From Octopus vulgaris (lineage: Eukaryota), in NCBI GenBank assembly GCA_951406725.2, contig OX597838.1, forward strand, positions 34,162,001 to 34,226,000: DNA of 64,000 nucleotides. Direction: 5' to 3'. The notes beneath the pieces are model-generated. The model saw only the letters and a program-made list of their open reading frames with translations, was not told the DNA's origin and made no database searches. Below are positions 11,675 to 23,610 of this stretch, piece by piece; position 1 is the stretch's first letter, and every line of letters starts with the position of its first letter. A program made the position numbers and the translations under genes.

Positions 11675-12405
11675 CTTCTCGTATTTATAATTCAATGACA
11701 CATTTAATAAAAACGGTAAAAATAGTTTTTTTAAAAAGCGTGAAAAGAGAAAAAACAGGAAATCCAGATTTTTTAGTTTTTGACAAATTAAATGAAGCAA
11801 ACAAGAATTACTTCCCCTTAGATTACGGATTTTTAAGTTTGATTGAAACTAATTTATATATAGATATATATTATAAATATATAAGTATATATGTCATAAA
11901 ATATCTCGACTGTTTTTATTTTATTGTTGAGTTCATTTTCAAATTTTTAAAAAATCGACGTGAATGCAAATCGAATTGTTCACAAATCCAGACTTTGCAA
12001 GGTGGACGGGGTAATATAAAAAAACGGAAACATGTAATTCATTTATCCAACACTGCTAACATGTTAATGTCTGTAGCACCTGGGTCATCGTATTAAAAAC
12101 CAATTTGCTTTTGTCCTATGTAAATTATTATAGATTAATAAATTGAGAGTTTTAAAGACGATTGTTGGTTGCTAAATATTACTTTTGAAACAAATGTAGG
12201 CGAGTGTGTCCATTCGTACCTTCCGTAGTTGCTTCCGCTGGTTGGACTTTTATTACAAGTTATATAAGACTTTCGTCCTTGGTCTGCATTGAAAAAAAAA
12301 ACGATAGAGAGAGAAAAAACAAGTTCTTTGAAAGATCCCGTTTGATCTTAATTATTTCGCTGTTTGTTCGCTTTATAGTCGAAGTGCATCCAAGGTGTAG
12401 TTGCC

Positions 12406-12479
12406 ATGAATCGTGTAGTTACCACATTCGTCGTGTTGCCGAGATTGCTACAGAGACAAACATGTGCGGTTTCAATGAG
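12406..12479 (+). CDS. UQCC4: Probable coding exon 1 of the UQCC4-like gene (mitochondrial presequence)
   Basis: GCCATG start; MNRVVTTFVVLPRLLQRQTCAVSM(R) is Arg-containing with no acidic residues; donor AG|GTAGGA in phase 2 matches the acceptor at 40054. Confidence 0.55.
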
Positions 12480-14383
12480 GTAGGAGACAAAAAAGTGAAC
12501 CTTAACAATGTTTTCTATTTAATATACAGCTTTCTCTGTTTTGATAATTCTTTGATATTCTCAATTTCTTGTTAAATGCCAAGGCTTGCCTTCTTTTTAA
12601 AACCAATTAAGTTTTTTTTTCTCCTTCTTTCATCATAGCATGATCGTCCATAGAATATATAATACAGTGACGCACTTACCTGGGTTTTGTTTTATAAATA
12701 TTTAACTATATAAACTATATTTACTTTTCGAAATTGAGTTAGAAAAAATAATAATTTCTCTATTCTTATATTTTATTCTAAACGTCTTCGTAAAATTCTC
12801 ATTGTTTAAATATAATAGTTAAAGCTGTTCTAAGAGTTAGGATTCATTTCTCTTCATATTCAATACCTTTCTTTGCACACTAAATTTATTTTCTCATTTA
12901 GTAAACATTCCGAAATTATTAGTTGTGGGAAAGAAGGGAAGCGGCGATATTCATGCCTTTTCCGGGCAATTAGCGAAACCCGTTTTCTTATTTCTCTTGG
13001 TTATGGTACCCCACACATTTTTTCACCGTATTTAACTTCATACGACTTAGAAGTTTATAACATTTCCCCTCAAATTTGGCGGGTCCTTTTTTTGAAGCAG
13101 TACTTAACCGTAACTTAAAAACCCTGACATTGAATTGTATATATATAAGACGTGGGAAGATTTTCTGGGACAGTTTTTATTTTTAGTGTCCCTTAAAAGC
13201 CCGTCAAATGCGATGTGTTCAATCGGTAATGCGAATTTCTCTCTCTCTGTATATATATATATATATATATGTTTGTGTGAGTATATATATACACGTTTGT
13301 GTGAGTATATATATACACGTTTGTGTCTATATATGTGTGTATATATATATGTGTGTGTGTGCGTATAATATACCTGTGTGTAAGCATGCAAATAAAGCAC
13401 AGGAGCTAACTAAGGGATCCTCTAAATGACCCCTCGACTGACCATGGATAATAAAAATAAATCGGTCAAAATTAAATCACATTGACTGAAACAGAAGAAC
13501 CACTCTTTAAAGAAAAGACGGAGATGGAACACCTATGATAATTAAGGGCTAATTTGGGGTTAAAACCAGCTTCATTAATAAGAAACACACGAGTAAGGTC
13601 ATGATGTGACCTCAACTTCGGTACTTACATAAACTGACACACTTAAACGGTATATCTAACAACCCCTCTCTCTCTCTCTCTCTATCTCTCTCTCATTCCC
13701 TTATGCAACCTGGATTCCTTTCCCTTCTATCGGTTCGTTAACCATTTCACCCTTGATTGGTATTGTTATCGTTTAAGCCGAGATCGACCTTGATTCAACA
13801 GACATACCTATAAAACAAATACATCCCTGAAAGATCTACATTTTTTCTAATGTGATTTTCTGTTTTTAAGGCGGCACGATATCATTCCGGGGGGATTTTG
13901 TTGTCATTTCTAGCAAGTCGAATAACCGTGTAGAGACGCCATCTAAGCAATAACGCACAAACACATACAAATCCGTCTCGGTTATAAATCATAACTCCTT
14001 TTGACCCCTATTTTTGTTTTCTTTTTCCTTCACTGAAAAGTTTTGGACCTGTAAACAAGTGTTCAAACCGTGGCCTTACCGCTTGTCTAGTCCTTTTATA
14101 GACACAGTGTATCTAGGACTACTCTATTCAATGTGTTCTTTCTAATAAGATGATGATTACATCAGGCCCCAATGCTCACTGGTAACTTATTTTATTGACC
14201 CTCAAAAAGATGAAAGGCCAAATTGACCTTGGCAGAATTTGAACACAGAACATAATGAGCCAGAGGAAATACTGCAAAGCATATTGTCCAATGCAGTAAA
14301 CAGTTTAGCCACCATGCTACCTTCCAGTACCACAATAATAATAACTCATACTAGCATGGAAAGACAGATACAAAAAACTATGC

Positions 14384-14668
14384 TCATCATCATTGTTCGA
14401 CCGTGGTCAAGACAATGGAATTTATTATGTTACGCCAGACTTCACGGTCCATCATAGCATTACGGAGGTCCTGTTGCTGGATGCCTGTATCCCTGGAGAT
14501 TACATCAGGGTAGGAGAGTGTGCACCCTCTGGTATAGCAAGCAGATGGCTTCCAGAGGAGAAGAGTAGAAATTACCTCGTTATCAGCTCTACAACAATGT
14601 CCAGCAAACTGGACTCTTCTACCTTTCACAAGAGATGATACAGGTGGTAATTTCCCATATATTTGTAC
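14384..14668 (-). mobile_element. Second RTE-like LINE family (RTE-2), 3' end
   Basis: VQIYGKLPPVSSLVKGRRVQFAGHC..AMMDREVWR..TVEQ* running into (TGA)n; same as the copies at 47279, 47585 and 52009. Confidence 0.8.
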
Positions 14669-15116
14669 TGTAAATGAGTAACCTATGATAAACTGGAGGG
14701 ATGTTGGCCTGCCCATTTTGCCAGCAAAGTGACATCATTTGAAGGCTTCAAGAATCTGATGAACTTCGTTGTGAAAAGTAGTATACCAAAACCCAACAAC
14801 CTGATTAATACAATGTTATACATACACACACACACATATACAGGGTTTCTTTTGGTTTTCCTCTACTGAATCCACTCACAAAATCTTTGTTTAGTCGGGT
14901 TATGGCAGAAAACCCTTGTCTTCTAAGATGGCACAGAAGTTAGATTAAAACCTAAAAGCTTGTGGCTGACAAGCAAACCTCTTAACCTCATGGCTATGTC
15001 TGTACCTTGCAAAATACACCAAAATGAATTCGGGAAAAATCGATCAACTTTTGGAGTTTTTCTTAACAGTCAGAAAAATCATTGAAAGAGTTGGGGTAAA
15101 AAAAATATGTAAGAAA

Positions 15117-15422
15117 TCATCATCATCGTTTAAACGTCCATCCTCCATGCTAGCATGGGTTGGACGGTTTGACCGGGGATCTGGGAAGCTAGAAGGCTGC
15201 ACCAGGCTCCGGTCTTATCTGGCAATGTTTCTACAGCTGGATGCCCTTCCTAATGCCAACCACTCCGTGAGTGTAGTGGGTGCTTTTTACGTGCCACCTG
15301 CACGGAAGCCAGTCGAGGCGGCACTGGCATCGGCCACGATTCGGACGGTGCTTTTTACGTGCCACCGACACGGAAGCCAGTCGAGGCGGCGCTGGCATCG
15401 GCCACGATTCGGATAGTGCTTT
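15117..15422 (-). mobile_element. RTE-1 3' UTR copy with tandem ~66-bp modules
   Basis: Family tail plus repeated ggtgctttttacgtgccacc units. Confidence 0.85.
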
Positions 15423-15539
15423 CACTTCTCAAAAGCTTTCAACTCTGTACACTCAAGCAAGAGGAGGTTTTTTTTTTTGTTTATATGGTGTACTTCACAA
15501 AGTAATTGCACTGGTACTAAGGCTTTTGAAGAACTGAAG

Positions 15540-15835
15540 CACTGTTACCTAATGGAGATACTGATTTCTTCAACATCTATGCAAGGTGTTATGCTTGTAC
15601 TATTATCTATTATCTGCCTCGACTACATCCTTCACTCTTCTTATTGACAAAATTAACGACCTCACTTTGTCACATCACTCAATCAGCAACACTAACGGAT
15701 GCAGCTTGTGTTGATGGCTTTGCTCTCTTTTTGCAGACATCATCTCAGAAGCTACCACCTTTCTACGTGACATTGGAAAAGCACCAGCAGATAGTGGTCT
15801 AAATGTTAATGTCTCAAAGACTGAATATGTTTGCT
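15540..15835 (+). pseudogene. Highly decayed non-LTR RT fragment
   Basis: PNGDTDFFNI..IICLDYIL..TDA..D..AL..IGKA...GLNVNVSKTEY recognisable across frameshifts. Confidence 0.55.
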
Positions 15836-16111
15836 GCAATCTTGCAAAACTCTCTAAGAATTAGATGCGAAAATTTATTTCGCATATTTGTTCCTGTCAG
15901 TAGATTGTGGCTATGCTGGAGCATTACTTTGGAAGAGTTAGTCAAACAAATCACTCCTGGTACTTATTTTCTATGAGTCTGGTATTGGTCCTTATTGTTC
16001 TTATCTCTTTTGCCAAATTGTTAAGTTACAGGGACATAAACAAACCAATACTGGTTGTCAAATGGTGGTGGTGGGGTAACAAACACAAAGACATACACAG
16101 ACATACATATA

Positions 16112-16516
16112 CAGGTGCAGGAGTGGCTGTGTGGTAAGTAGCTTGCTAACCAGCCACATGGTTCCGGGTTCAGTCCCACTGCATGGCACCTTGGGCAAGT
16201 GTCTTCTACTATAGCCTCGGGCCGACCAAAGCCTTGTGAGTGGATTTGGTAGATGGAAACTGAAAGAAGCCCGTCATATATATGTATATGTATGCGTGTG
16301 TGTGTTTGTGTGTCTGTGTTTTGTCCCCCTAGCATTGCTTGACAACCGATGCTGGTGTGTTTATGTGCCCGTTACTTAGCGGTTCGGCAAAAGAGACTGA
16401 TAGAATAAGTACTGGGCTTACAACAGAATAAGTCTCGGGGTCGAGTTGCTCGATTAAAGGCGGTGCTCCAGCATGGCCGCAGTCAAATGACTGAAACAAG
16501 TAAAAGAGTAAAGAGT
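16112..16516 (+). mobile_element. SINE family A, full length
   Basis: tRNA-like head (ggctgtgtggtaag / ggttcagtccc), internal (TA/TG)n, tail gaaacaagtaaaagagtaaagag. Confidence 0.9.
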
Positions 16517-16806
16517 ATACATATATACTTATAAATATTTGTGTATAGAGTCTACAGATGAGATCTGGAAATTCTCAACATAGGAAACACTCAGTAGTGC
16601 TTCCATGATTTGAACTTACGCTTTAAAACCTTTATTGAGGACTATATTTATGTGTGTGTACACAACACGCTTTCAGTTTCCATCTACCAGGTCCACTCAC
16701 AAATCTTTGGTTGGCCTGGGGCTATAGTAGAAGATACTTGCCCTTGATGCTGTACAATGAGGCTGAAAACTCCTTACCTCACATCAATGCCTGCTATATA
16801 TATTGT

Positions 16807-17112
16807 GGAGGCGCAATGGCCCAGTGGTTAGGGCAGCGGACTCGCGGTCATAGGATCGCAGTTTCGATTCCCAGATCGGGCGTTGTGAGTGGTTATTGAG
16901 TGAAAACACCTAAAGCTCCACGAGGCTCTGGCAGGGGGTGGTGGCGGTCCCTGCTGTACTCTTTCGCCACAACTTTCACTCTTTCTTCTGTTGGCCTGCT
17001 TGCTTAGCCAGCGGGGTGGCGTCATTTGAAGGCTAAAATGATGCGAAGCGCATTGTGACCAGCGATGTGTAGCAACATCTGATAGCCTGGTCAGTCATGG
17101 TGATCACAGTGA
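16807..17112 (+). mobile_element. SINE family D, tail variant 1
   Basis: A-box tggcccagtgg, B-box gtttcgattcc; other copies at 32394 and 63745. Confidence 0.85.
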
Positions 17113-17122
17113 TATATATATA

Positions 17123-17888
17123 TAAGGGTGATGCAAAATAACTTATTTCAAAAACTTGAAGACACCCCTCTAATTTTATTTAATTTAGTGCAAAAACTCA
17201 ACATGCAAAATTTCAGCACAATTGGGCACTTTTTAGGGGTTGCTACCATCCATTGAACATTTTGTATATTGTTATTTTTCAGTTAGTATTTATTGAACTT
17301 TTCTGTCTCCTTGTGATCTGCTGGCCCTGACATGCAACTGTTTAAGAGATTCAAAGCAAAGCGAGTGGAAATTGACAAGAACAATTACCAAACAGCCACA
17401 GATGACCCTAACATTGCAGATAAAATCTCAGCTGCTGTAGAAATCATTCAATTTGCTCAAGCTTAGTTTGATGAACAGCAGCCTCGTGATGACTACAAGG
17501 AATTGCTCGAGCTAATGCTCATTTTCCTCAGTAGTACCCCCAAGTCAGGAATCAGCTTTAAAGTAACCGGAACTTATCACAGAGCATGATGGAAGGCCAA
17601 GCTAATTTACTGCATTAAAATTTGGATGTTTAAATCTCAGTTTAAACTAACTGAAAGAGAGGAAAAAGGACTAAGAGATGTTTACTGCTTTTCAACAGCA
17701 ACATACATCAGACCGTGGCACCTGGCATCCATATCCTCGTGCGCTCCCCCCCCCTTCAGATTTGCATTTTGTGCAAAGTCTGCAGCTCTACAAGCAAAAG
17801 GATGACAAAATTGCAAGTGCTGCACTCAATAAGTGTTTGAGACATTCGTGGCACCTCTCTGAGGAGCTTGTGGTGCTTGCATTTTTGA
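17123..17888 (+). pseudogene. hATm-like DNA transposase remnant
   Basis: GPDMQLFKRFK, QPRDDYKELLEL, YHRA*WKAKLIYCIKIWMF, HSWHLSEELVVLAF; TAAGGGTG start resembles hATm termini; in-frame stops. Confidence 0.7.
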
Positions 17889-18003
17889 TTCTTATCTGCT
17901 TCCCCTCTGGCTAAATACACCTGCCTCCTAGCTTCCCTTCTGCCAGTCTGATACACTTCCCTGCTACCACCGTTCTTCCAGTCCTTCCAAGCCTGTTTCT
18001 TTT
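17889..18003 (-). pseudogene. RTE ORF2 linker fragment
   Basis: KKQAWKDWKNGGSREVYQTGRREARRQVYLARGEA resembles the EN-RT linker of RTE elements. Confidence 0.55.
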
Positions 18004-18087
18004 GGAGGCGCAATGGCCCAGTGGTTAGGGCAGCGAACTCGCGATCGTAGGATTGCAGTTTCGATTCCCAGATCGGGCGTTGCCTTC

Positions 18088-18452
18088 ACTGGCTTCTGTG
18101 CCGGTGCACATGACCTGCTGTGCTTGAGGAGACCTATTGAGTCAAGTACATCGACATCAAAATAAATATCAAATGGAAATTGTAGTTGTGATACCTGGCT
18201 TCTGTGCCGGTGGCACGTAAAAAGCACCAATCGATCATGGCTGCTGCCAGCCTCCCCTGGCATCTGTGCCGGTGACATGTTAAAAGCACCCACTACACTC
18301 TCGGAGTGGTTGGCATTAGGAAGGGCACCCAGATGTAGAAACACTGCCAGATCAGACTGGAGCCTGGTGGAGCCTCCTGGCTTCCCAGACCCCGGTTGAA
18401 CCATCCAACCCGGGCTAGCACAGAAAATGGACGTTAAACGACAATGATGATG
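18088..18452 (+). mobile_element. RTE-1 3' UTR copy (preceded by a SINE-D head at 18004-18082)
   Basis: Matches 9625-10028. Confidence 0.8.
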
Positions 18453-18729
18453 ATATATATAAATGTGGCACAGAAGGATGACAAAAGAACACATAGACAA
18501 CAAGGAAAGACATGCGATGGATGTGGACAAACTCATTTCCTCATCGCAATTTTGTTGCCTTGTCAGTAATATTGCTCAGTTTGGTTGAATCAGCACCGTA
18601 AGCTACATGAAAGATAAGCATGAAGAAGAAAAAATAAGACAAGTACAAAAAAATGATATCTCAACTTAACAGAAAAGGATAAGTCTTCAATGAAAGATGC
18701 TTCAACATCAAGTCAAAAACATTTAGCAC

Positions 18730-18835
18730 TCTTGTCTGAGAGCTCATTTATGCTGAGTGTTCTTGTAGCTCACTCAGTAGAGAACATGCAAATGGTAGTG
18801 GACATTTTCTCTGATGCATGCACCGCATTTGGACA
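18730..18835 (+). pseudogene. BovB-like RT fragment
   Basis: ELIYA..LVAHSVENMQMVVDIFSDACTAFG resembles the post-YADD segment of RTE-BovB RTs. Confidence 0.45.
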
Positions 18836-19654
18836 AGGGGTCCAAATGAAATTGTGGGTGTCACATCAGGGTTTTCATTCTTGAGAAATGTCCAAACAAA
18901 CTCTAAGGGTCTCTCACTTCTGGCTGTTGACCCCGAGTTTATTCATTTTGTTACAGGTTTTGTCTTTTGTCTTGCAGAGTGTTCTAACATAAAACAATCT
19001 TCCTTACCAAGCAAGCTTAATAGATTACTACCAGTTCATTTGCCGACGATCTGATCATATAACAGGTTGTACTGGGCTGCATGTTACCTGTAGCAAATAC
19101 TAAGAATGACCTAACATATATATATACATATATTTATGTATAGTTCAGATGAGATCCAGATATTGTCTGTATAGAAGACACTGAGTAGTTCTCAAAAGAT
19201 TCAAACCCAGACACTGATGTTTTTACAGAGGATCATTCCACAAGGTAAAGAAAGGCTATAAGAGGGATCAAGTTGAGCGTGTATGGAAGCAATTATGCAA
19301 TTTGCTTCTATATATATGTATGTATATGCATACAAGTATTTATGGTCATATTTTATACATTTGAGTGCATTGAGATAGTTATGCAGCAGCAGGTCTCCTC
19401 ACATCCAAATGTACTTGAATGTGCCATTGCACAAATATATTTCACTTAACATTGCTTTGTGTGACAAAAAGCACCCAGTACTCTTTGTAACATAGTTGGC
19501 ATTAGGAAGAACATCTAGCCATAGCAACCATGCCAAAGCTGACCGTTGAAATTGGTGCAATCCTCTAGCTTGCCAGCTGTTGTGAAGCCATTGTACACAC
19601 GCCAGCAAGGAGATCATGATGATTAATATGTATATATTGATCAATCAAACAGGC

Positions 19655-20178
19655 ATCCTATCGGTCACAATGACGAGTGCTTCAGTTGATCTGATCAACA
19701 GAATAGACATACAAGTAGCTGAGCACACCTATTTCCTTACTACCCACAAGGGGTTAAACACAGAGAGGACAGACAAACGGATTAAGTTGACTACATCGAC
19801 CCTAGTGCATAACTGGTACTTATTTAATTGACCCCGAAATGATGAAAGGCAAAGTCGACCTCGGCGGAATTTGAACTGAGAATGTAACGGCAGACGAAAT
19901 ACGGCTACGCATTTCGCCCGGTGTGCTAACGTTTCTGCCAGCTCGCCGCCTCACCACAGACACGCATACCCTTAACGTAGTTTTCAGTGATAGTGTGACA
20001 CAGAATCAGACAAGGACGGCCCTTTGGAATACAAGTACTATTCGTTTTTGCCAGCTGAGTAGATTGGAACAGCGTGAAATAAAGTATCTTGCTTAAGGAC
20101 ACCACACGCTGCCGGGTTTCGAAGTCGTGACCTTACAATCATGAGCCAAATACCCTAACCACTAAACCACGCGCCTTC
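19655..20178 (-). mobile_element. SINE with D variant-2 tail, containing a nested SINE B (19729-19951)
   Basis: Tail homologous to 51400-51589; family-B copy inserted inside it. Confidence 0.75.
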
Positions 20179-20280
20179 ATTATATAAATAGATAATGTAT
20201 ATATGGGAGTATGTCGACCATAAGACTTAATGTCAAGAAACCCGACTTCAAATAGCCGAAAACTTAAAATGATGTATGCT

Positions 20281-20689
20281 GGGATCTTTTCAGTTTGAAC
20301 GGCAGTTTTTTCTAGCAGTGTTATATGAGATTGTCACCCATAATTATGACCCTAGTATCGATCTATTGCATTTCAATCTATTTTAGATTTAGGGTTAGGG
20401 GTGGGGGAAGGGTATCTTTTTTTCTTCACAAATGTAAATAAACCCAATCTGTTTCTTAAACGAGGGACATATTCATACGGCACAGAATGTTTTCACCTCA
20501 ATAGACGTCATTGATTGGTTGAAATTGAAGAAAAAAAGCAACAACTATCTTAGACACTATAGAATTTTCTCAATAAAGCCAAGAGAAAAAGATGTTTTAT
20601 AAGCACATTCTACCAGTATACGAAGTTTAAAAGTGTTTAGTTACGTGGAAATTATTTAAAAAAACTGCCGTTCAAACCGAAAAGATCCC
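20281..20689. mobile_element. MITE, second copy of the GGGATCTTTT-TIR family
   Basis: TIRs and internal sequence match 11258-11674. Confidence 0.85.
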
Positions 20690-21149
20690 ACTTTTGTTAT
20701 GTTATGTTTGAAAGATAAAAATATAACGAAGACAGAACGAGGTACAGTGTTTATCTTTGTAAAAAAAATAATCGTAATACAAATGGATTACAGAGTTTTT
20801 TGATATTAAAGACAGAAGCGGAAATTGAAATTAATTTATTTATTGAATAAATATTTTTTAACAAATAAAACGATTGGAAAACTAAATTTTTGTTTTTACG
20901 GAGCGAAAGAGTGGCCGTAAAGGGAAATAAGCATGCGTCAATTAGTTTGTTGGTTTGTGTTTGTATTGAAGATAAAAATAAAGTACCTGTCAAGTACTCG
21001 GATCGATGTAATCGATTTAATACATTCCTAAGAATGCTGACCTTGTGCCAAAATTTGAAACCATTATTTGGTAACTAAATATGATCGCCTACCTTTTCTT
21101 ACGTTAACGTACCTTAAAAAAAAAGTGTTAGACTTCGTTTCTCAAATAT

Positions 21150-21257
21150 CGGGAACTTTCGCTCTCATTACTTCAAAAGTTCCCGCAAGCCCATATGTGA
21201 AAAAAAAATTTTTTTACGGAAATCGACGGAAAGGTCTACTAGAGACGAAAGATCGCC
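21150..21257 (+). mobile_element. Solo right end of the Merlin-like element
   Basis: ~90 bp nearly identical to 35239-35332. Confidence 0.7.
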
Positions 21258-21319
21258 ATATTCCGTTTTAAAACTATATATAGACGCCAGGATAATTTTT
21301 CTTATTTTCCCCTAAAGTA

Positions 21320-21600
21320 GTTGTTTGTTCCTTCTCGAGCCGTGCCTGGCTCATAAGGACCGGTTTCTTTGGCGTATAGGTTCCCCACCCGGACGGAGAG
21401 GCCGGTCCGTCGCAGGTGAGCTACAAGATGCAGGAGGAAAGTTGTGGCGAAAGAGTCAGTAGAGGTTCGCCATTACCTTCTGCCGGAGCCGCGTGGAGCT
21501 TAGGTGTTTCGCTCATAAGCACACACATCCCCCGGTCTGAGATTCGAACCCGCGATCCCTCGACCGCGAGTCCGCTGCACTAACCACTAGGCCATGTGCC
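21320..21600 (-). mobile_element. SINE family D, tail variant 3
   Basis: Matches 57179-57481; head ggcacatggcctagtggttag..gggttcgaatctc. Confidence 0.85.
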
Positions 21601-22175
21601 TAAACTCCTTAAAACTTTTTTTTTTTTTTTCCTTCTTTCTAAAACAGTTATTCTTACGTAGTAGAATAAGAAGGTATGAGAAACTCCTTTTTTAAAACTG
21701 TAAATATGTGTTTTGAAGGCCGTTTTTCTATTCCTCCCTAAAATATTTCGAAATTCGTTGTTCTGAATATTCGATCTTTTGAGCTTTCGATATTCTGGTG
21801 TTTAGGTAGTTTGAATTCGGCATTCTAACGTTCTGTCTTGTGTCTGTAATAGAGCAGAAAGATAGAGTGCTCCAACTTTGCCATTATAGGAGCAGGCTTC
21901 CCAATCATGCAGTCTTGAGTTCAGTCTCACTGCGCAGCATCTTGGGCGAAGGCCTTCTATTATAGGTATTGGGCCAGATTACAACATATTTATATAAAAC
22001 AGAGGGGGGGGGGTGCATGAACGAGATTCTTTATAGTTGCTATGTAAACAGGTAGACTCCAGGAAGAGGAAGAAGATAAATCTGTAGCCTTGATGTAATA
22101 TAATTTGGTTGGTAAAAGAAAGTCATCACAGGGAAAACCTTGTAACTGAAAGAGGGAAAAAGGTGCGCGTATTAT

Positions 22176-22272
22176 CTTTACACCTGTTTCGAGAATAGTT
22201 ACTTAAGCAGTACTGTTCTCTGCACGCTACTAGATTCAAAATTTTTGTAGCAACCTATTCCGTCTTCGGAAG
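22176..22272 (-). ncRNA. Type-I hammerhead-like motif with extended stem II
   Basis: CTT-CCGAAGA-CGGAATAGGTTGCT..AGTAACTATTCTC-GAAAC-AGGT-GTA-AAG. Confidence 0.5.
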
Positions 22273-22390
22273 GAAAAAGTGGAATTTAGCCACAAAATCG
22301 CCCTGATCACTAATTGCATACACCTTAGGTCATTTTATGTGTGTGTATGATATATATATATATATATATAAACCTTTGACTCTACAACAC

Positions 22391-22545
22391 TGTGTATAAA
22401 TTCTGTACATGGAAGACCAATTTTAAATACTGTTGGATTTTACTCATAAGGTATTGGAATCTTACATTGTGTATAAACTCTGTACTTGGAATGAACGATT
22501 TTAAATACCTTTGGATTTTTCTCATAAAGTATTGGAATCTTACAT
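22391..22545 (+). repeat. Two-copy ~77-bp tandem repeat
   Basis: tgtgtataaa..gtattggaatcttacat at 22391 and 22468. Confidence 0.85.
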
Positions 22546-22682
22546 ATAAACCATTCTGCCTAAAAAAATGGACCAACAAATTCAATATCCCTACATATTT
22601 CACATCTATTTTCTCTCCTCCACCTCACTCTCTATTTTGTATCCTATCTAAATTAATTATTACTTAACCATCCTCTCACACT

Positions 22683-22734
22683 GTCTCTGATGAAGGGATA
22701 TAATTAATAAATATCCTGGAAACAGCTGTAAGAC
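22683..22734 (+). ncRNA. Minimal type-I hammerhead ribozyme motif (Penelope-like)
   Basis: GTCT-CTGATGA-AGGGATAT..ATATCCTG-GAAAC-AGCT-GTA-AGAC: full core, stem I, stem II, palindromic stem-III loop. Confidence 0.7.
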
Positions 22735-23307
22735 CTATCTATAAATGTTCTATCTACACAGCTTTGGTTTTTTTTATCTCATTATGCAAAAAATTCTTAT
22801 ATATATATATATATATATATAGTACTATACTTATTCATATATATGAGCTATGGAATCGTTTGGCAGCTTGTAGTTCTTGTGATTTGTAATACTTTTAATT
22901 CTGTATTTTCCTTAGTTCATCAACCCCGAAAGAATGAAAGGGAAAGACAACTTCGGCTGATAGTGAAGTAATTTTAATAATTGTGTGTTCATATATGTGT
23001 TCACATACTCTTCCAAACATGTGGTTTTGAGTTCAGTCCCATTGCGTGGCATCTTGGGCAAGTGTTCTCTACTACAGCCCCTGTGACAGGCCCCAAACCC
23101 TTGTGATTTGATTTGGTAGATGGAAACTTTAAAAAGTCTTACACATAGAAATGTAACCACATGTGAACTGTTGGCGAATTTTCCTTCTTTGGATTTTCCC
23201 TTTCTCCTCTCCAGCGAAGAGCCATGCTCGAAACGTTAAAAGGTCTCCTTTCACCAAGCATCAAACTAATATATATATATATTTATATATATCGATAATA
23301 ATTATTC

Positions 23308-23610
23308 ACTCTTTTACTTGTTTCAGTCATTTGACTGCAGCCATGCTGGAGCACCGCCTTTAATCGAGCAACTTGACCTCAGGACTTATTCTATCGGTCT
23401 CTTTTGCCGAACTGCTAAGTTACGGGGGACAAACACACACACACACCCACATATACATATATACGATGGACTTCTTTCAGTTTCCGTCTACCAAACACAC
23501 TCACAAGGCTTTGGTCTGCCCGAGGCTATAGCAGAAGACACTTGCCCAAGGTGCCACGCAGTGGGACTGAACCTGGAACCATGTGGTTGGTAAACAAGCT
23601 ACTTACCACA
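23308..23610 (-). mobile_element. SINE family A (internal deletions)
   Basis: Homology to other A copies. Confidence 0.85.

Noticed and set aside
12041-12115. Minus-strand peptide GQKQIGF*YDDPGATDINMLAVLDK*
   Set aside because: Short, contains a stop, no recognisable family
16807-16880. tRNA-like sequences at SINE 5' ends
   Set aside because: A/B boxes are present but there is no proper acceptor stem and they are always continued by SINE bodies; not tRNA genes
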